Origin: an uncultured Clostridiaceae bacterium
Lineage (GTDB): Bacteria; Bacillota; Clostridia; Lachnospirales; Lachnospiraceae
Length of the DNA: 54,233 bases
Reading direction: 5' to 3'
Assembly (NCBI GenBank): GCA_958441075.1
Contig: CAUCBQ010000001.1
Span: 1 to 54,233 of the forward strand
A program made the translations under genes and the position numbers. Shown here in pieces: positions 49,333-54,233 of this stretch. Below the pieces are notes generated by a model. It was not told where the DNA came from and searched no databases. It saw only the letters and a list, made by a program, of their open reading frames with translations. Every line of letters starts with the position of its first letter. Positions within the stretch are counted from its first letter, which is position 1.

Positions 49333-50355
49333 ATGAAAGCTGTACAAATTGTAAAGCCTGAGGATCTGAGAGTAATTGATATTGAAAAGCCTGTTATTGA
49401 CGAAAAAAACAATGTTCTTGTAAAAATGACTGCAGCCGGTATCTGCGGTTCTGACATGGGAATCTACCATGGTACCAATGCCGCAGCCACCTATCCCCGG
49501 ATCATCGGCCACGAGATGGTCGGACGTGTGGATCAGGTTGGCCCAAATGTTAAAAACCTGAAGGTTGGCGACCGTGTAATTATCAACCAGGTAACCAGCT
49601 GCGGCCACTGCTATCCCTGCCGCATGGGCCGCGGAAACGTATGCGACCATCTGGCAATCCGCGGCGTCCATATTGACGGCGGTTACCGGGAATTTATGGC
49701 TGTTCCTGAAAGCGACTGCTATATTTTACCGGATTCCCTGTCTGATACAGACGCTATTATGATCGAGCCTACTACCATCGGAATCCAGTCCTGTACACGG
49801 GCTCAGCTTGAAAAGGATGATATGCTGCTGATTTATGGGTCCGGAGCACTGGGAAGCACCATATTAAAGGTAGCCCGCCTTCTCTGCGACCATATCATTG
49901 TAGCAGATATTATGGATGACAAACTGGAAATCGCCAGACAGAACGGCGCTAAATATACAATCAATCCACTGAAAGAGGATCTCACAGAAAAAATCAAGGA
50001 ATATACCGAGGGCCACGGAAGCACCGTTTCCATCGATTCCGCCTGCACTAAGGATTCTCTCATTACGCTTTTAAAAGCAACAGGAAATGCCGGCCGCGTA
50101 ATTACCATGGGCTTTTCCGTAGCTCCTACCGAGGTAAATCAGTTCCTGATCACCTCCAAGGAACTGGATGTCCGGGGCTCCAGACTTCAGAATAAGATGT
50201 TCGGCAAAGCCATTGAACTGATCAACGAGGGCAAGCTGGATCTGAACGGCACCGTTTCACATACATTCCCGCTGATCCGTGCTCAGGAAGCATTTGACTT
50301 TAACGACAGCCATGATCCGTCTATCCGCAAGATTGCCCTTACCTTTGACTTCTAA
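49333..50355 (+). CDS. zinc-dependent sugar-acid dehydrogenase (RspB/L-gulonate 5-dehydrogenase-like)
   Basis: GICGSD, GHE, CGHCYPC...C, GVH.DGG, KELDVRGSRL. Confidence 0.8.
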   Translation: MKAVQIVKPEDLRVIDIEKPVIDEKNNVLVKMTAAGICGSDMGIYHGTNAAATYPRIIGHEMVGRVDQVGPNVKNLKVGDRVIINQVTSCGHCYPCRMGRGNVCDHLAIRGVHIDGGYREFMAVPESDCYILPDSLSDTDAIMIEPTTIGIQSCTRAQLEKDDMLLIYGSGALGSTILKVARLLCDHIIVADIMDDKLEIARQNGAKYTINPLKEDLTEKIKEYTEGHGSTVSIDSACTKDSLITLLKATGNAGRVITMGFSVAPTEVNQFLITSKELDVRGSRLQNKMFGKAIELINEGKLDLNGTVSHTFPLIRAQEAFDFNDSHDPSIRKIALTFDF

Positions 50356-50382
50356 TTATCACGTTTAAAGAAGGGATACATC

Positions 50383-51063
50383 ATGAAACTTTTAGAACGG
50401 CGGCCTTCTGAAAAGGCTCGTTCCTATGCCATACGCGTACTTCTCCACAACATCACTGCCCTGGAGCTTCCTCCGGGCAGCTCTGTCAGCGAAAACGAAG
50501 TATCTTCTGTCATGAACATATCCCGAACTCCCGTGCGGGAAGCCCTTATTGAGCTTTCCCGCATGGATCTTGTAGATATTCTTCCCAAACGGGGCAGTTT
50601 TATTTCCAAAATCGATTATGGACTGATTGAAGAATCTCGTTTTATGCGTCTCGTACTTGAAACAGCGATTGTAAAGCTTGCATGCGAGCAGGGAATTTCA
50701 CCCTCCTATATGGAGCAGCTGGAGGAGAACCTCAGGCAGGAATCCTCACTGTCCAATTCACAGGACTTTTCCGTCCAACTGGAGCTTGACAACCGCTTCC
50801 ATCAGCTTCTTTTTGAATCTGTGGGCAAATCCCGCACCTTTGACGTCATCTATTCCCAAATGATCCATTTTGACCGCCTTCGGATTCTGTCCTTAAAATC
50901 CTGGCAGGATGCACGGGTAGTGAAGGACCATCAGAATATTCTGTATGCCATCAGCCAAAAGGACTCTGAACTGGCGGAAATGCTTATCACCCGCCATTTA
51001 ACCCGGTTTCAAATCGAAAAAACAGAGCTGACCAAACGATATCCTGATTATTTTGTGCTTTAA
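50383..51063 (+). CDS. GntR (FCD) family transcriptional regulator
   Basis: SENE...SRTPVREAL, PKRGS, LDNRFH, DH..I. Confidence 0.92.
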   Translation: MKLLERRPSEKARSYAIRVLLHNITALELPPGSSVSENEVSSVMNISRTPVREALIELSRMDLVDILPKRGSFISKIDYGLIEESRFMRLVLETAIVKLACEQGISPSYMEQLEENLRQESSLSNSQDFSVQLELDNRFHQLLFESVGKSRTFDVIYSQMIHFDRLRILSLKSWQDARVVKDHQNILYAISQKDSELAEMLITRHLTRFQIEKTELTKRYPDYFVL

Positions 51064-51071
51064 TACAGCAT

Positions 51072-51120
51072 AAAGAATGCCGTTCAATCATCAGTTTTTG
51101 ATGACGAACGGCATTCTTTT
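51072..51120. terminator. bidirectional intrinsic terminator
   Basis: AAAGAATGCCGTTC ... GAACGGCATTCTTT between convergent genes. Confidence 0.85.
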
Positions 51121-51145
51121 CTCCTCAATTTATATCTGCCAGTTT

Positions 51146-52174
51146 TTAAACAGACTTATCTACTTTTACAACTACCTTCATGTAATTTCCAGGATTCTTT
51201 TCAATGTCCCTGATTGTATCAGGCGCCTCATCCAGAGAAATTGTCTTTGTCAAAATCTTTGCCACATCTACCTTCTTTGTATAGATCAGCTCGATTGCTT
51301 CTTCAAATTCTCCTGCACTTGTACGCGCTCCGCGAATATCAATTTCCTTACGTGTTATGATATCGGTAGGAATTGAGGTCTCTCTTGGCGGCCAGCCGGT
51401 AAGAGTGATTCTTCCCGCATTGCTGACAAGGTCAAGACTGGAACGAATTGCGGCATTGGACCCGCTGCACTCCATAACCTGCTGTGCCATCATTCCTCCG
51501 GTAATTTCACTTACTCTGACAGCTGCATCTTCTTCTCCGGAATTAATTACATACTCAATACCAAGCTCTTTTGCAAAGTCCAGACGCTCCTGTACAAGAT
51601 CCAGAAGAATTGCATGTGCACCGTAAGCCTGCGCAATCATACCTGCCAAAAGGCCAATGGGACCTGCTCCGATAATCGCGCAGTACTCTCCTGCCTTTAA
51701 TCCTCCTCTGTGGATTCCGTGAAGAGAAATAGTCAGAGGCTCTGCCATTGCAGCATCTGTCCAGTCCATATCCTCCGGCATTTTCACTAACATATCTGCC
51801 GGATGGCAGAAGTACTCCGCCATTCCGCCGTCAATATGTACGCCCAGCACCTTAAGGCTTGTACAGCAGTTTGTACGTCCGATGGAACATGGATAGCACT
51901 CTCCACAATAAATATAAGGATCTACAATAACTTTATCGCCCGGCTTTAATCCCTTTGGATTATCTGCTGGGATTTCCTCTACAATACCAGCCAGCTCATG
52001 TCCAATGATTCTGGGATAGGATACCAGCGTATTAGTTCCGCGGAAAGCTCCTATATCGCTTCCGCAGATACCAGCTGTAACAATGCGGATCAGCGCCTCA
52101 CCCGGCCCCGGAACAGGCTTTTCCAGCTCTACGCAGTCTACATTTCTGGGCTCTGCCAGTTTAATTCCTTTCAT
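51146..52174 (-). CDS. zinc-dependent sugar-acid dehydrogenase (LgoD/YjjN-like)
   Basis: GICGSD, YPRIIGHE, CGECYPC...NCC, GAGPIG. Confidence 0.8.
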   Translation of the reverse strand: MKGIKLAEPRNVDCVELEKPVPGPGEALIRIVTAGICGSDIGAFRGTNTLVSYPRIIGHELAGIVEEIPADNPKGLKPGDKVIVDPYIYCGECYPCSIGRTNCCTSLKVLGVHIDGGMAEYFCHPADMLVKMPEDMDWTDAAMAEPLTISLHGIHRGGLKAGEYCAIIGAGPIGLLAGMIAQAYGAHAILLDLVQERLDFAKELGIEYVINSGEEDAAVRVSEITGGMMAQQVMECSGSNAAIRSSLDLVSNAGRITLTGWPPRETSIPTDIITRKEIDIRGARTSAGEFEEAIELIYTKKVDVAKILTKTISLDEAPDTIRDIEKNPGNYMKVVVKVDKSV

Positions 52175-52190
52175 CTTTTCTCCTCCATTA

Positions 52191-52643
52191 TTAAAGCGCA
52201 ACCTTTACAACTACCTTTTTAACGAAGCATGGCCCGCCAGCCTGGCATCTTGGCTTATGAGCATCTTCAGGAGCAACAATGATCAGATCGCCCTCTTCCA
52301 GAAGAACGGTTCCGCTCAATTCCGGCTCCTCGTAGAAAATCAGGTCATTTTCCTCGATGCGTTCCTTTACTGCAAGACCCTCTCTCTTGCAGATGCCAAA
52401 CTGCTCCTTTCCCTTTGCAACGTACTGAATATCAAAGTACTTCTCATGGGTTTCAAAAAAGCCTGTCTCTGCCGGAATCGTAGTATATTCCTGAATATTA
52501 GCCACTACTGTGTCACCCATGATCGGATAACTTCCCACTGGCAGCGCGTTGATATCCGTCTCTGCCAGCCACTTATAGGCACAGGTAAATTTCTCTTCCA
52601 GATAATTATACTTCTCTGCAATACTTATATTTGAAAAAAACAT
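52191..52643 (-). CDS. YhcH/YjgK/YiaL family protein
   Basis: FETHEKYFDIQY...G.E, D..FY, P.DAHKP, VKKVVVK. Confidence 0.9.
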   Translation of the reverse strand: MFFSNISIAEKYNYLEEKFTCAYKWLAETDINALPVGSYPIMGDTVVANIQEYTTIPAETGFFETHEKYFDIQYVAKGKEQFGICKREGLAVKERIEENDLIFYEEPELSGTVLLEEGDLIIVAPEDAHKPRCQAGGPCFVKKVVVKVAL

Positions 52644-52662
52644 AATCCTTTCCTCCTGTTCG

Positions 52663-53712
52663 TTATTTGCTCGCTATATCCGTCGTGGACATATCCCCCG
52701 ACGCCAAAGCACACAGCTGCTTCCAGATTGCCTCATCTACATGGATACCGTTTTTCATGCTCTCTTCCCGTACAGCAGCAGCCCGCTGTCCCGGATAGCT
52801 TACATGACCGCCTTCCCGCTCAGGATGAGCCTTATGAACCGCTTCGATTCTACGGTTTAACATGGCCTGTATCTCTTCTTTTGAACCAAACAGATAAGGA
52901 TCATAGGCAATAAAAATCTGACAGCAGTTTGTACAGCTTCCTTTTGCCTGTATATCCATGTCTGTTCCGCTCATTCCATTAGCCATAAGAGCCGCGGCCA
53001 TATCAAGGGCAAGGGCCATTCCGCTTCCCTTCCAGTATCCCATGGGCAGCCCCCGCATGGTTTCCTCTATGGCGCCCGGATCGCAGGTCAGATTTCCATC
53101 CTTATCAAATCCTCCCGGATAGGGAAGCTGCTTTCCTGCCAGACGGTATACGCCCAGCTTTCCATATGCATACAGGCTCAGGGCCATATCAAGGACAACC
53201 GGGCCATCCTCTCTTGGGATCGCCATACAGAAAGGGTTGTTCCCCACACTGCGCTTATCGCTTCCCCACAATGGCATACAGCTTTCCGCATTAATCCAGC
53301 TCATACCCATAAAGCCTGCTTCTGCCATTCTCCATACATAGGTTGCGCCTCTCATCCAGTGAGTGGTATTTTTTAAAGCAACGCAGCCAATTCCGTGCGT
53401 TTTCGCCAGCTCTATGGCTCTGTCTGAGCAAAAGAGCGCATTTGTAATGCCAATTCCCAGCTGTCCGTCGTAGTTTTCTACTGCGCCCTTTGCTCCGACA
53501 AGCCGAGGCTCGCCTTTAATGTTGACCCATCCCTTTTGAACATATTCCACAAATCTGGGAATGCGGTTCAGTCCATGGCTTTCTACCCCATCAGCACTGG
53601 ACTGAATATGAATGGATGCGCAGATCTCCGCCTTCTCCTCTGTAAGCCCCAGATTCAGGAAAATCTGCTTTACATCCTTTTTTAACTTATCATAAGGAAT
53701 ACGAACCCCCAT
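52663..53712 (-). CDS. yiaK: 3-dehydro-L-gulonate 2-dehydrogenase (2,3-diketo-L-gulonate reductase)
   Basis: DGV.SHG.NR.PRF, HWMRG.TY, MP.WG...GNNP, GYWKGSG motifs of the YiaK/DlgD family. Confidence 0.88.
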   Translation of the reverse strand: MGVRIPYDKLKKDVKQIFLNLGLTEEKAEICASIHIQSSADGVESHGLNRIPRFVEYVQKGWVNIKGEPRLVGAKGAVENYDGQLGIGITNALFCSDRAIELAKTHGIGCVALKNTTHWMRGATYVWRMAEAGFMGMSWINAESCMPLWGSDKRSVGNNPFCMAIPREDGPVVLDMALSLYAYGKLGVYRLAGKQLPYPGGFDKDGNLTCDPGAIEETMRGLPMGYWKGSGMALALDMAAALMANGMSGTDMDIQAKGSCTNCCQIFIAYDPYLFGSKEEIQAMLNRRIEAVHKAHPEREGGHVSYPGQRAAAVREESMKNGIHVDEAIWKQLCALASGDMSTTDIASK

Positions 53713-53726
53713 AGCTTATCCCCGCT

Positions 53727-54233
53727 TTACTTGCTTGCAATATCCTTTGTTTCCATATTTCCTGCAGCCAGAGCGCAGATCTGCTCCCAGATAGCCTCAT
53801 CTACAGAAACTCCGTCCTTCATGCTCTTTTCACGAGTGGCGATTGTTCTCTGTCCGGGACAGGTCACGTGGCCGCCTTCACGCTCCGGATGAGCTGCATT
53901 TGCAGCTGCAACACGCTTATTGAGCATGGACTGGATCTCTTCCTTTGTTCCAAAAAGATATGGATCATATGCGATAAAGATCTGGCAGCATCCAGTACAG
54001 CTTCCCTGGTTCGCATTGTCCATATCGGTTCCGCACTTGCCGTTTGCCATAAGAGCTGCTGCCATATCCAGTGCAAGGGCCATACCGCTTCCCTTCCAGT
54101 ATCCGGTAGGAAGAATTCTCTTGCTGTCCTCAATGGCTCCGGGATCGCTGGTCAGATTTCCCTTTTTATCAAAACCGCCCGGATAAGGAAGCTGCTTTCC
54201 TGCCAGACGGTATACGCCCAGCTTTCCATATGC
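53727..54233 (-). CDS. yiaK: second YiaK/DlgD paralog (5' part outside the window)
   Basis: Open frame to the window edge; C-terminus collinear with 52663-53712 (GYWKGSGMALALDMAAALMANG...DIASK). Confidence 0.85.
   Translation of the reverse strand, partial: AYGKLGVYRLAGKQLPYPGGFDKKGNLTSDPGAIEDSKRILPTGYWKGSGMALALDMAAALMANGKCGTDMDNANQGSCTGCCQIFIAYDPYLFGTKEEIQSMLNKRVAAANAAHPEREGGHVTCPGQRTIATREKSMKDGVSVDEAIWEQICALAAGNMETKDIASK

Noticed and set aside
1..54233. CRISPR arrays, IS elements, prophage or tRNA genes
   Set aside because: No regularly spaced repeats, transposase/integrase ORFs or cloverleaf motifs were seen

Overview
This is a chromosomal segment of a spore-forming, Lachnospiraceae-like anaerobic Firmicute; the taxonomy is inferred from gene content and sequence style. 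Most genes lie on the minus strand. The left edge looks like an rRNA-operon leader with three tandem sigma-A promoters and a boxA-like motif. Next come cvpA/HAD/TPR-recR-ybaB-dnaX-pfkA, the large SRP RNA, a glycerate kinase/CdaR module, tadA, nrdG-like, nagB, and a sugar-ABC operon headed by a UroD/MetE-fold enzyme. These are followed by a FabT-like MarR, a murL-murD pair resembling the alternative MurD2/MurL (L-Glu ligation then epimerisation) peptidoglycan route, and spmB and spmA split by cysK and a diguanylate cyclase. A non-coding DnaA-box cluster plus an orphan MerR-type promoter precedes a complete fab/acc cluster with fused accD-accA and a FabX-like flavoprotein. The right part holds abrB-like, an orphan nrdI, the holB-yaaT-yabB-rsmI block, and a sugar-acid cluster (uxuA, uxuB-like, two Zn dehydrogenases, GntR, YhcH, two tandem yiaK paralogs). 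No mobile element, CRISPR array or tRNA was seen. All calls come from reading motifs by eye; no database search was run.
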